Below are positions 1 through 12,449 of a DNA stretch of 64,000 nucleotides, in pieces; position 1 is the first letter of the stretch, and each line of letters begins with the position of its first letter. The stretch covers positions 558,001 to 622,000 of the forward strand of contig NIVC01000291.1 in the NCBI GenBank assembly GCA_002269645.1, written 5' to 3'. This DNA comes from Macrostomum lignano (lineage: Eukaryota). A program made the position numbers and the translations under genes. Under the pieces are notes generated by a model. The model was given only the letters and a program-made list of their open reading frames with translations. It had not been told where the DNA came from and searched no databases.

Positions 1-185
1 AATTACTGAGAATTGGGGTATTTAATTGCTCTGTAAGAAATCGATAATTAAGTATTTTTCGAGTTCTATTGCTAGTTACAGGGGAATTCTGTTTCCCGTA
101 TCCAGCTGGCATTGAGCTGCTGTCTGAAATAGATTATTGCTGGCTGGGGTATTTTCTGATCGCTAAAAGTGCACCTAACCTGCAG

Positions 186-1249
186 CCGGCCCCACCGCCA
201 CCCCGCAACCAGAGAAGAGCGGCAGCCGCCAGTCTCCGGGGGCGCCGGCTACGCCAGATCGAACTCCGGCCCTGCTGCCGCCTCCGCCTCCGTCAGCGGT
301 GCAGCAGCCCAAGCCGCATCGCCAGCAGCAGCTCCTGCAGGCTTCGCTTCACCAGCGCTCAGCCAGCACCCCGGCATCCGAGCTGTCGCCCCCGCCGCCT
401 TCCCTCCGCCTCCCCTCCGCCTCCCCTGCACCTCCCCCTCCGCCTGCGTCTCAGACGCCCCTGCCGGCTCCCGCGGACTTCAGCGACGACGACGAAGAAT
501 CCTCGGGCTCGTCGTCCAGCTCATCCTCCAGCTCCGCGTCCAGCGCCTCGTCGATTGTCGCCGAGCCTGCGGGTTTGTCGAAGAAGCCGCAGCCACCTTC
601 AGCAACGCCAGCGAAAGCTGCGGGTGCGCCTTCAGCAGCGATCGGGCTGCGCAGGAGGCCGCAGCAACTGCAGAATCAGCAGCAGCAGCAGCCGTTCCGC
701 CAGTCCCTCACCGAGGAGCTCAAGCTGAAGATTGGCGTGTCGCCTCCCGTGCCGCGGAAGCCGCTGCAGTCCCAGCAGCACCTGCAGCCGGCCGAGCTGC
801 CCAAGCGGATGTCCTGGAGCCCCAACGCCGGTGCCGCTCTGCCGCCCTCGCCTGCCCCTAGCAACAGCTCGGCATTAACGCCCGAGCAGTCGGCCCATCA
901 GCAGCAGCCGGAGTCTCCGCCGCCGCCGGCGCCTCCCTCGCTGGCGTCGGTGCAGACGGCGGTGAAGGAGCTGCTGACGCAGGCTTCCTCGGTGTCGGGC
1001 TCGGCTCCGGCCGCTGAGCTGCGCGATCTGGCAGACCGAGCCGGCCAGGCCATGCAGCTGTGCTCCGCGTACGCTGACTCGCTGAAGGCAGCCGGCAGCA
1101 AGTTCCGCATCAGGGATCACGTGACCGCGATCGGGCTCAAGCTCGGCCCCCTGCAGCGCGGCGGCAGCGGCTCGGCCTCCAGTTTGACCAGCCAGCTGGA
1201 CAGCCTGCGTGGAGCCATCGGGGAGCTGTACAGTCTGTTGCACAGGTGA
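186..1249 (+). CDS. ABL: Terminal exon of an Abl-family tyrosine kinase (Pro/Ser-rich tail plus C-terminal F-actin-binding domain); upstream exons lie outside the window
   Basis: Acceptor ctaacctgcag| at 185, open frame to TGA at 1247-1249. C-terminus CSAYADSLKAAGSKFRIRDHVTAIGLKLGPLQ...LDSLRGAIGELYSLLHR* aligns by eye with the ABL1 FABD ([32 protein letters not shown]...FSKLLSSVKEISDIVQR*). The kinase domain is not visible. Confidence 0.65.
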
Positions 1250-1342
1250 CCCCGCCCGATCCATGGACCTCTGTGTTGCCTGGATTGGAAGCTATTTGGA
1301 GAATTTGCGCTTTGCTTGGGTTTCGATTGTTCATCAAGGGAA

Positions 1343-2707
1343 AGCAAGTGGCAGGGCCCGGGTGTGCAGTAGGGCAAGCAAGTGGCAGGGCCCGGGTGTG
1401 CAGTAGGGCAAGCAAGTGGCAGGGCCCGGGTGTGCAGTAGGGCAAGCAAGTGGCTGGGCCCGGGTGTGCAGTAGGGCAAGCAAGTGGCAGGGCCCGGGTG
1501 TGCAGTAGGGCAAGCAAGTGGCAGGGCCCGGGTGTGCAGTAGGGCAAGCAAGTGGCAGGGCCCGGGTGTGCAGTAGGGCAAGCAAGTGGCTGGGCCCGGG
1601 TGTGCAGTAGGGCAAGCAAGTGGCAGGGCCCGGGTGTGCAGTAGGGCAAGCAAGTGGCTGGGCCCGGGTGTGCAGTAGGGCAAGCAAGTGGCAGGGCCCG
1701 GGTGTGCAGTAGGGCAAGCAAGTGGCAGGGCCCGGGTGTGCAGTAGGGCAAGCAAGTGGCAGGGCCCGGGTGTGCAGTAGGGCAAGCAAGTGGCAGGGCC
1801 CGGGTGTGCAGTAGGGCAAGCAAGTGGCTGGGCCCGGGTGTGCAGTAGGGCAAGCAAGTGGCAGGGCCCGGGTGTGCAGTAGGGCAAGCAAGTGGCTGGG
1901 CCCGGGTGTGCAGTAGGGCAAGCAAGTGGCAGGGCCCGGGTGTGCAGTAGGGCAAGCAAGTGGCTGGGCCCGGGTGTGCAGTAGGGCAAGCAAGTGGCAG
2001 GGCCCGGGTGTGCAGTAGGGCAAGCAAGTGGCAGGGCCCGGGTGTGCAGTAGGGCAAGCAAGTGGCAGGGCCCGGGTGTGCAGTAGGGCAAGCAAGTGGC
2101 AGGGCCCGGGTGTGCAGTAGGGCAAGCAAGTGGCAGGGCCCGGGTGTGCAGTAGGGCAAGCAAGTGGCAGGGCCCGGGTGTGCAGTAGGGCAAGCAAGTG
2201 GCAGGGCCCGGGTGTGCAGTAGGGCAAGCAAGTGGCTGGGCCCGGGTGTGCAGTAGGGCAAGCAAGTGGCAGGGCCCGGGTGTGCAGTAGGGCAAGCAAG
2301 TGGCAGGGCCCGGGTGTGCAGTAGGGCAAGCAAGTGGCAGGGCCCGGGTGTGCAGTAGGGCAAGCAAGTGGCTGGGCCCGGGTGTGCAGTAGGGCAAGCA
2401 AGTGGCTGGGCCCGGGTGTGCAGTAGGGCAAGCAAGTGGCAGGGCCCGGGTGTGCAGTAGGGCAAGCAAGTGGCTGGGCCCGGGTGTGCAGTAGGGCAAG
2501 CAAGTGGCTGGGCCCGGGTGTGCAGTAGGGCAAGCAAGTGGCTGGGCCCGGGTGTGCAGTAGGGCAAGCAAGTGGCTGGGCCCGGGTGTGCAGTAGGGCA
2601 AGCAAGTGGCTGGGCCCGGGTGTGCAGTAGGGCAAGCAAGTGGCTGGGCCCGGGTGTGCAGTAGGGCAAGCAAGTGGCTGGGCCCGGGTGTGCAGTAGGG
2701 CAAGCAA
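1343..2707. repeat. Minisatellite, 34-bp unit, about 40 copies
   Basis: Unit gcaagtggc(a/t)gggcccgggtgtgcagtagggcaa; essentially one A/T variant position. Confidence 0.97.
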
Positions 2708-3659
2708 ATGGGTCCCGGGTGTGCAGTAGTGGTGGTGGTCAAGTTGGTTTCAGGAGCAAAATCTAAAAAATAAAATAATCTCCCTACTAGTTTCCAGTCC
2801 AGGCGCGGCAGAAGTCCCTGAATCCATCCTGGTTCCCCCCAACGGGTCTGCAATATCTGCTTCCCTGTGCAGTGCAAGAATATTTTGTATTTCTCCCAAG
2901 GATTCGCTGCCGATATGTACAGATCCGTACATTGTACACAGTTTTTAGTGCTGATATTGAAATGCATGGCATTGCTGTCCCTAGCTGCCCACTAGCTAGT
3001 ACAAATACAAACTGCTTCTGATTTGCTTTTCTAAATTCTGTCCAAGATTCCAAGTTCACTTTTTTGCTTGTTGCCGTTTCGAACTTGAGATGAGATTCTG
3101 TAGTATTGTTATGGTTACCATTGCTGTTATTATTATAATTATTATATATAAATATTTATGCTTTTCTGCTCCGAGCTTTTTCTTCTTTCGCAGAGAGAGC
3201 CGCGACCAGTTTCCGAAGTTTTTGGAAGCGGAATCAAAACCATTTCTCCACAGGGCAAATTTTTCTCTGTAACAAAATTCGATCTGGCTAATTTTTTTCA
3301 TTGCTTCTGCGATCAAATCGAGTTTGAATTGCTGCATAATTTCCGCCAGTTCTCAGCCGTGAGCCCGCATATTTGCGTATGCAGACATGACAAGCTTCTA
3401 TTCACATTTATATGCATAAATTTATTGTGCTTTTTAATACAACAGATAAAAATTATTGCGAATGACGTCATGACTGTTAGTTCTTAATTAAATCTTTGCG
3501 TCTGTTCTGAGAAGGCTAAGACGGATGTCAATAGTTATAAAAGTGTTTTTTACTCATTCGCTTGAAACCCGTATCTGTGGGTCACCAGACCTCTCCCCAA
3601 TGTGCACCCCAGATGCACACCCCCCTACGCACTATCGACCTCCAACCCCCCCCCCCACG

Positions 3660-4040
3660 GCCCAATGTACACTATAGACCTCCAACCCCCCCGGCCCAAT
3701 GTACACTGTAGGCCTCCAACCCCCTGCCCCAATGTACACTGTAGGGCTCCAACCCCCTGCCCCAATGTACACTGTAGACCTCCAACCCCCTGCCCCAATG
3801 TACACTGTAGGGCTCCAACCCCCTGCCCCAATGTACACTGTAGGCCTCCAACCCCCTGCCCCAATGTACACTGTAGGGCTCCAACCCCCTGCCCCAATGT
3901 ACACTGTAGACCTCCAACCCCCTGCCCCAATGTACACTGTAGGGCTCCAACCCCCTGCCCCAATGTACACTGTAGGCCTCCAACCCCCTGCCCCAATGTA
4001 CACTGTAGGCCTCCAACCCCCTGCCCCAATGTACCCTGTA
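3660..4040. repeat. Minisatellite, 33-bp unit, about 11 copies
   Basis: Unit cccaatgtacactgtag(gc/gg/ac)ctccaaccccctgc. Confidence 0.95.
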
Positions 4041-4476
4041 GACCTGACCTCCAACCCCCTGCTCCTACCCAATGTACAGTAGAGATCCATAACTCTCACT
4101 CCAACATGCAATGGATGCTAAGATTGCTAGCAAACGGCTTTGTACTTTAAAAAAAGCTTGGCCTCAGTGTCCGGTATTTCGGGCGCAATTACATTTGTAA
4201 TGAAGTTTATTCAATGTCTCGATGGTTTTCTAAAATTTGTGCAAAGAAATGCTTGTTCATGGCCTATACCAATCTGTCTTTTATTATTGCTTGCAACTGC
4301 ACTGTGCACAAGCTGCTTTGCCTCCGTCTCATGCTGTTGCATACGAAATATTGCCTAAGCATTATGAATAATTATAAATATACTATATCTATACTTATAT
4401 TCTGTTGTGCATAAATGAGAAATTCCAAAATTAAAGCTTTCAGTCTAGACCGATTCAATGTTTATCAGCTTGCGTT

Positions 4477-5636
4477 GGGCCTTGTGTTCTCATTAATTTC
4501 TGCTGTAGCTGTGCCATACCTGCTAGGATCTTGTCTTGGGCCTTGTGTTCTCATTAATTTCTGCTGTAGCTGTGCCATACCTGCTAGGATCTTGTCTTGG
4601 GCCTTGTGTTCTCATTAATTTCTGCTGCAGCTGTGCCATACCTGCTAGGATCTTGACTTGGGCCTTGTGTTCTCATTAATTTCTGCTGCAGCTGTGCCAT
4701 ACCTGCTAGGATTTGTCTTGGGCCTTGTGTTCTCATTAATTTCTGCTGTAGCTGTGCCATACCTGCTAGGATCTTGACTTGGGCCTTGTGTTCTCATTAA
4801 TTTCTGGTGTAGCTGTGCCATACCTGCTAGGATCTTGTCTTGGGCCTTGTGTTCTCATTAATTTCTGCTGTAGCTGTGCCATACCTGCTAGGATTTTGAC
4901 TTGGGCCTTGTGTTCTCATTAATTTCTGGTGTAGCTGTGCCATACCTGCTAGGATTTTGACTTGGGCCTTGTGTTCTCATTAATTTCTGCTGTAGCTGTG
5001 CCATACCTGCTAGGATCTTGTCTTGGGCCTTGTGTTCTCATTAATTTCTGCTGTAGCTGTGCCATACCTGCTAGGATCTTGTCTTGGGCCTTGTGTTCTC
5101 ATTAATTTCTGCTGTAGCTGTGCCATACCTGCTAGGATCTTGTCTTGGGCCTTGTGTTCTCATTAATTTCTGCTGTAGCTGTGCCATACCTGCTAGGATC
5201 TTGTCTTGGGCCTTGTGTTCTCATTAATTTCTGCTGTAGCTGTGCCATACCTGCTAGGATCTTGACTTGGGCCTTGTGTTCTCATTAATTTCTACTGTAG
5301 CTGTGCCATACCTGCTAGGATCTTGTCTTGGGCCTTGTGTTCTCATTAATTTCTGCTGTAGCTGTGCCATACCTGCTAGGATCTTGACTTGGGCCTTGTG
5401 TTCTCATTAATTTCTGCTGTAGCTGTGCCATACCTGCTAGGATCTTGACTTGGGCCTTGTGTTCTCATTAATTTCTGCTGTAGCTGTGCCATACCTGCTA
5501 GGATCTTGTCTTGGGCCTTGTGTTCTCATTAATTTCTGCTGTAGCTGTGCCATACCTGCTAGGATCTTGACTTGGGCCTTGTGTTCTCATTAATTTCTGC
5601 TGTAGCTGTGCCATACCTGCTAGGATCTTGACTTGT
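4477..5636. repeat. Minisatellite, 61-bp unit, about 19 copies
   Basis: Unit gggccttgtgttctcattaatttctgctgtagctgtgccatacctgctaggatcttg(t/a)ctt. Confidence 0.97.
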
Positions 5637-5775
5637 CATAGCAGTCTGGAAGTACTGTACAATGCAGTTAAGAATGACTCCTAGCTCATGCTTGAAATTC
5701 ATAAATAGTTTATACAGCCCGGTTATCTTAGTCCCCTATGGTTCCAATCCATGTTGCTATCCTAGCCGCTATAAA

Positions 5776-8700
5776 ATGCTAATCCCCTTGGAATCCCCGT
5801 TGCAGTTGTCAGTGACAGCCGCCGCCGGCCTGGGCGGCCTCCGTCTCAGCTGCCAGCGAGCAGCCTCCGCCTCATCCCCAGTCTCCGTCCTGCTCTCCTC
5901 GCTGCACACGGCCCCCATCGGTGGACTCGCCAAGCGCGTCGACATCGCCAAAGAGGACCTGCGACCTTGGGCGGCTTCGGAGGGCAAGGCGCCGAGAAAG
6001 AAAACTCCGCTACCCCCCGTGCAGCTCTGGCCGGGCATGCCGCTGGCCCGACTGGCCGAGCAGCTCGGACGCGACGCTAAAGTTGTCGGACACAGCGCTA
6101 AGCGCGTCGGATTCCGCGGCCGACTCCGGCCGGACACCCCCCTCACAGATGCGGACTGCGTGGCGCAAGTCTGCCGCGTGTACGGCCGCGACTTCCTCCT
6201 GCTTGATGCCGCCCCCGATGGGGAGGCGCCCCTGCAGCCCCAGCCTCCCACTCCTCATCACCAGCAACCTCCGCATGCCGACCAGCCTCCCAGGCCTCAT
6301 CACCTGCAGCCTCAGCAGCCTGCCGACCAGCCTCCCAGGCCTCATCACCTGCAGCCTCAGCATGCCGACCAGCCTCCCAGGCCTCATCACCTGCAGCCTC
6401 AGCATGCCGACCAGCCTCCCAGGCCTCATCACCTGCAGCCTCAGCATGCCGACCAGTCTCTCAGGCCTCATCACCCGGCCGCAGTTGGCGGCGCTGCTAC
6501 AGTCATTAGGTAGTGCTAAAAGACTATGCAGTTTATTAATTTATAAACATCGTGACTTCCTTCTTAGACACCATGGACTTAATTTTAGCCGTAAATTTGT
6601 TGAGTACATTTGTTTGCCATGAGGTTACTCAACAGTCACCTTTTCGTCATGCAGCTGTTAAACACAAATCTCACCTGTTAGACTCTCATGCAGCTGTTAG
6701 ACACGAATCTCACCTGTCAAAGCCTATCATGCAGCTGTTAGACACGAATCTCACCTGTTAGAGCCTCTATCATGCAGCTGTTAGACACGAATCTCAGTTG
6801 TTAGACTCTATCATGCAGCTGTTAGACACGAATCTCACCTGTTAGACTCTATCATGCAGCTGTTAGACACGAATCTCACCTGTTAGACTCTATCATGCAG
6901 CTGTTAGACACGAATCTCACCTGTTAGCCTCTATCATGCAGCTGTTAGACACGAATCTCAGTTGTTAGACTCTATCATGCAGCTGTTAGACACGAATCTC
7001 AGTTGTTAGACTCTATCATGCAGCTGTTAGACACGAATCTCAGTTGTTAGACTCTATCATGCAGCTGTTAGACACGAATCTCACCTGTTAGACTCTATAT
7101 ATCATGCAGCTGTTAGACACGAATCTCAGTTGTTAGACTCTATCATGCAGCTGTTAGACACGAATCTCACCTGTCAAAGCCTATCATGCAGCTGTTAGAC
7201 ACGAATCTCACCTGTTAGACTCTATCATGCAGCTGTTAGACACGAATCTCACCTGTTAGCCTCTATCATGCAGCTGTTAGACACGAATCTCAGTTGTTAG
7301 ACTCTATCATGCAGCTGTTAGACACGAATCTCAGTTGTTAGACTCTATCATGCAGCTGTTAGACACGAATCTCAGTTGTTAGACTCTATCATGCAGCTGT
7401 TAGACACGAATCTCACCTGTTAGAGCCTATATATCATGCAGCTGTTAGACACGAATCTCACCTGTTAGACTCTCATGCAGCTGTTAAACACGAATCTCAC
7501 CTGTCAAAGCCTATCATGCAGCTGTTAGACACGAATCTCAGTGTTAGACTCTATCATGCAGCTGTTAGACACGAATCTCACCTGTTAGACTCTATCATGC
7601 AGCTGTTAGATACGAATCTCACCTGTTAGAGCCTATATATCATGCAGCTGCTAGACACGAATCTCACCTGTTAGACTCTATCATGCAGCTGTTAGATACG
7701 AATCTCACCTGTTAGAGCCTATATATCATGCAGCTGTTAGACACGAATCTCACCTGTTAGACTCTATCATGCAGCTGTTAGATACGAATCTCACCTGTTA
7801 GAGCCTATATATCATGCAGCTGCTAGACACGAATCTCACCTGTTAGACTCTATCATGCAGCTGTTAGACACACCACTCCGCCCTCTCAGCAGCAGCAGCA
7901 GCCAAGACTTCGATCCTGACGATCCGGAGGCTGCTCTTCTCCATCCAGCCAGTGACGCAGCCGACAGCGCCCAGAACTTGGCTCGCCGGCCGCCAGTGGT
8001 GGCCATCCTGGGCCACGTGGACCACGGCAAGACCACCCTGCTGGACCGGCTGCGCCACTCGCGGCTTGTGGAAGCCGAGTTTGGCGGCATCACCCAGCGG
8101 ATTGGTGCCTTCACCGTGCAGCTGCCGCAGGCCGCCTCGGATGACAACAGAGACGGTATGCGCTTAGGGGGTCCTCCCGCTGCCACTTCTGAGCTTGGGG
8201 TCACAGGTTCGGGTAATTCTAGTTGGGATAATTTCTTTAGGGATTTCTAATGAGCGTTTAGATGTGCCAGCGGCCCAGGCTCGATTTCAAGTGCAATCAA
8301 TCGTTGGATCTGCTTGTGTAATTAACGCCCTTGAGGGCCAATTTCCAAGGCACAGTGAAGTGTACATGCCTAAGGATAAATAAAGTTAGGGCCGCTGTAC
8401 ACTGTATCCTTGCGCTTGTGTGCAGCAATGCCTCTCGCCGGTTGGGTGACAAAAAGTCGCTTAAAGTGCGCCAGGGTGCACACAACCCCCCTGCTTCGTA
8501 AAAATGGGGATTTGTCAGGCTTGGCATCCTTCAGACACGTGTAGTTTGGAATTTTAGGATCAGCTGTTTCCCTTTTACTAGGCTAGCACTTCAATCCATC
8601 GGGTGGAGATTCATGGGATCAGAGGAGGAAAATCCCCCACACACGCGGCCCCTCCGCACTGCCGCAGGCTGCATCACCTTCTTGGACACTCCGGGCCACG

Positions 8701-11700
8701 CCGCCTTCAGCAACATGCGCCAGCGAGGCGCCAGCGCCACCGACATCGCCATTCTGGTGGTCGCCGCCGACGATGGCGTCATGCCGCAGACGCTGGAGAG
8801 CCTGCGCTACATATCGGCCGCTGGCGTCCCCATGGTGGTGGCCGTCAACAAGGTGGACAAGCGCGAGGCGCAGCCCGACTCCGTCATGCAGGAGCTCAGC
8901 AAGCACGGCGTACTGGTTGAAGAACTCGGAGGCGACGTCCAGTGCGTGCCGGTGTCTGCGCTGAAGGGCAGCGGCGTCGAGCGACTGCTTGAGGCCGTCC
9001 TGGCCCTGGCGGAGCTGCTGGAGTTGCGGGCCAACGTGCAGGGCCGGGCTGAGGGCGTCGTTATCGAGTCCGGTCAGTCAAAGGTAATTCGGCTCGGGAT
9101 TGCTCTGTTTGGCTAGGATTTCGGATTGCTGTGATTGGCTAGGATTTTGGATTGCTGTGATTGGCTGGGATTTTGGATTGCTGTGATTGGCTAGGATTTT
9201 GGATTGCTGTGATTGGCTAGGATTTTGGATTGCTGTGATTGGCTAGGATTTTGGATTGCTGTGATTGGCTAGGATTTTGGATTGCTCTGATTGGCTGGGA
9301 TTTTAACTTGCTCTGATTGGCTGAGATTTTAACTTGCTCTGATTGGCTGAGATTTTGACTTGCTCTGATTGGCTGAGATTTTACTTGCTCTGATTGGCTG
9401 AGATTTTGCTCTGATTGGCTGAGATTTTGGATTGCAATGATTGACTGGCACTGTGAGTGGTTGGCATTTTGGATTGCTGTGATTGGCTGTGATTGGCTGG
9501 GATTTAAAATTTCTCAAATTATTAGAGGCTCTGATTTTTGGATTGACAGAAATGTTGGTTTAAAATGGGATTGTGAGAGTCTATTACATACTCTTGTACC
9601 TGTCAATCATCGCTGTGTTTTATCTGCCCAGGGCCTTGGCAAAACCGCCAGCCTCCTGTGCACCCGCGGCTGCGTGAAGCCGGGCACCGTCCTGGTGGCC
9701 GGCCGCGCCTTCTGCCGGGTGCGCCGCATGACTGACGACCTGGGCCGGCCAGTTGACCGTCTGCTTCCTGGCCGGGCGGCCGAGATTGCCGGCTGGCGCC
9801 AGCTGCCTCCGGCCGGTGAGTCCGCGCTCGAGGCGGCCTCCGAGCGGCTCGCCAGGGCGGTCATTGCGCAGCGAGAGCGCCGCGCTGTAGAGGCCAAGTC
9901 TGTCGCTGACGCCGCGGCCAGCGAGGAGTCCAGGCGGGAGTGGCAGCGGGCCTACAGCGAGCACCTGGCCGGCTTGGCTGACATGTCCATCAGGGAGCGA
10001 AGGCGGCACAAGGCCAGCGACGAGCTGGCGGACACCGCCCGGCAGCTGATGGACTCGAAGTTTGCGCATGGTGGGTCTCGTTGTTGATCATATTTTTAGG
10101 ATCTTCGTTTCGAGGTTCTCTACGCACTTTCTCTAAAGTTCTCTACGCACTTTCTTTAAAGTTCTCCACGCACTTTCTCTAAAGTTCTTTGTGCACTTTC
10201 TCTAAAGTTCTTTGTGCACTTTCTCTAAAGTTCTCTACGCACTTTCTCTAAAGTTCTCTACGCACTTTCTCTAAAAATCTCTACTCACTTTCTCCAAAGT
10301 TCTTTGTGCACTTTCTCTAAAGTTCTCTTCGCACTTTCTCTAAAGTTCTCTGCGCACTGTCTCTAAAGTTCTCTGCGCACTGTCTCTAAAGTTCTCTGCG
10401 CACTGTTTCTAAAGTTCTCTGCGCACTGTCTCTAAAGTTCTCTGCGCACTTTCTTTAGAGTTCTCCACGCACTGTCTCTAAAGTTCTCTGCGCACTTTCT
10501 TTAGAGTTCTCCACGCACTTTCTCTAGAGTTCTCTACGCACTTTCTTTAAAGTTCTTTGTGCACTTTCTCTAAAGTTCTTTACTCACTTTCTCCAAAGCT
10601 CTTTGTGCACTTTCTCTAAAGTTCTCTCTGCACTTTAACGTTATCTTTCTAGTACCCTCTGAATAACTACTGAATAAGTTACCTTACGCATTTTTTGTAT
10701 TTATTTGTGCAATTTGTTACATTTTAGTACTTATTTAGTATATAGGATAAGAACTGATTATAAAGTCGTAGAGTTTATTGATGTTACGATTGTATACCAA
10801 AGTGACAAACATGCCGTGAAATTATTGTACACAAATCGATTCTCTGACTCGATTCCGCAGGCACCGAGCCCCGCCTGTCGCTGACCATCCGGGCCGACGC
10901 CGACGGCAGCCTGGAGGCCATCCTGGGCCTGCTGTCCGGCTACGCCGATCCGCGCTGCCACCTCGACCTGGTCAGCTTCGAGGTCGGCCCGCCCACCATC
11001 AGCGACGTGGAGACGCTGGCCGATTTCGACGGCCTTCTGTGCTGCTTCAATGTTCCGGTGAGAGAGTGAGAGATCGGGTATTGTGGAAATTCCTCCATTC
11101 AATTAGTGAGGGTGTTGTGGGAAATTCCACCATTCAATCAGTGAGGGTGTTGTGGAAATTCCACCATTCAATCAGTGAGGGTGTTGTGGAAATTCCACCA
11201 TTCAATCAGTGAGGGTGTTGTGGAAATTCCACCATTCAATCAGTGAGGGTGTTGTGGGAAATTCGCAAAGACTTGTTCGATCCACATGGAAGTCAATGCG
11301 GTCGCGACCGTCGCGTGTTTTTTTCCGGCAGGTGCCGCAGGGCGTCTCGACAGCAGCCGCAGCCGCGGGCGTGCCGGTCCTGGAGCACCGGGTGGTGTAC
11401 CACATGATCGCGGACCTGAAGGCCCGCCTGACCGCCGCGCTGCCGCCCAAGGAGGAGGAGCGGCCACTCGGCAGCGCCGACGTGCTGCAGGTGTTCCACG
11501 TCAGCGGCCCCGGCCCCGGTGGCAGCCACCACAAAGTGGCCGTGGCCGGCTGCGCCTGCAAGTCCGGCCAGCTCAGCCGGAAGAAGCATTTCCGGTTGGT
11601 GCGCAACGGCCAGACAGTTTTCACCGGCCGGTGCGCCAGCCTGCGGCACCTCAAGTCAACCGTAGAGACAGTGCGCAGCGGCATGGAGTGCGGAGTCCAG

Positions 11701-11826
11701 CTTGACCTGCCCGCCGGCGTCTCCTACCTGCCCGGCGATCAGATTGTCTGCTTCGAGACTGTGGCCGTGCCGCAGACCATCGACTGGGAGCCCGGCTTCG
11801 GGCTGGAGGACGAGGCCGACCCTTGA
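5776..11826 (+). CDS. MTIF2: Mitochondrial translation initiation factor IF-2, 6 exons, about 848 aa; start codon uncertain
   Basis: Exons 5776(or 5806)-6509, 7890-8155, 8668-9083, 9632-10070, 10861-11057, 11332-11826; all GT-AG, phases compatible, total 2547 nt. Motifs [20 protein letters not shown] (G1), [22 protein letters not shown] (G3), VAVNKVD (G4), [17 protein letters not shown] (domain III) and GMECGV (domain IV). N-terminus is Arg/Ser/Ala/Leu-rich like a mitochondrial presequence. Confidence 0.9.
6272..6470 (+). repeat. Coding tandem repeat, 42-bp unit ([14 protein letters not shown]) x about 4.5, inside MTIF2 exon 1
   Basis: Unit catgccgaccagcctcccaggcctcatcacctgcagcctcag; in frame; the phase-compatible GT donor (6510) lies downstream of it. 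Confidence 0.75.
6648..7869. repeat. Minisatellite, about 41-bp unit, about 30 copies (MTIF2 intron 1)
   Basis: Unit catgcagctgttagacacgaatctcacctgttagactctat with small indel variants. Confidence 0.95.
8265..8515 (+). mobile_element. tRNA-derived SINE, family A, 5'-truncated copy (MTIF2 intron 2)
   Basis: B-box-like ggctcgatttc; collinear similarity to 21200-21556, including aagtgtacatgcctaa..gataaa.taaagttagggcc.ctgtacact and gtcgcttaaagtgcgccagggtgcacacaacccccctgc. Confidence 0.7.
9112..9505. repeat. Minisatellite, about 26-bp unit, ATTGG-containing (MTIF2 intron 3)
   Basis: Units ggattgctgtgattggctaggatttt, then aacttgctctgattggctgagatttt. Confidence 0.92.
10110..10636. repeat. Minisatellite, 23-bp unit, about 23 copies (MTIF2 intron 4)
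   Basis: Unit aagttctctacgcactttctcta with variants. Confidence 0.93.
11096..11262. repeat. Minisatellite, 34-bp unit, about 5 copies (MTIF2 intron 5)
   Basis: Unit ccaccattcaatcagtgagggtgttgtggaaatt. Confidence 0.92.
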
Positions 11827-11909
11827 AGTGCACCGCGTTGCCACCGGTCTAAACACGATTATTTTATAGTTACTGTCTCATGGCATAGCATTGCAGCCAT
11901 CAACTCATA

Positions 11910-12035
11910 GTAACCCTTACGCATAGCAACAGAATCTTCCGCATAGCAACAGACCCTTAACGCATAGTAACAGACCCTATCGCATAGCAACAGACTCTTA
12001 ACGCATAGCAGCAGACCCTTAACGCATAGCAACAA
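11910..12035. repeat. Short degenerate tandem repeat, about 20-22 bp x 5, downstream of MTIF2
   Basis: gcatagcaacagacccttaac-type units. Confidence 0.75.
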
Positions 12036-12449
12036 ACACGCAAATCAACCAGCCAATTTCCACACCAACCTATCAATCTGCATTTCAACCAAAAAATCCG
12101 TCACAAAGCAGCCAACCTAATAAGAAGCAGTTAGCGCTGTCATCTCGTCCAACACGCTTAGCAAGCCAGCTAACTTAGCTATAAAAAAATAACTTTCTTT
12201 TGCAATGCGACAATTAAGTCTTTTGCCTTTGGTCAATAGTATGCCATGCGTGTTTAAAATGACACATTTAATAGAATTTAAAAGAATTGTGATTTGTAAC
12301 AGTTTCCGATTGCTTGTTTTGCATTTTCAATCTTTTTGTTCAATTAAATGCATTGCCGATAGTTTATCGATGCTGCTGGACGATTCTGACTGCCTCCAAA
12401 TTTATTTTATAGGTATAATTTCTGATTGCATAGGGACGCTATCCTGAAC

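Noticed and set aside
1117-2967. Long ORFs of 450-616 aa
   Set aside because: They are translations of the 34-bp array, open in several frames and on both strands only because the unit lacks stop codons.
10801-10813. AGTGACAAACATG matching the hatchet ribozyme core
   Set aside because: The flanking stems and distal conserved elements are absent; probably a chance match in an intron.
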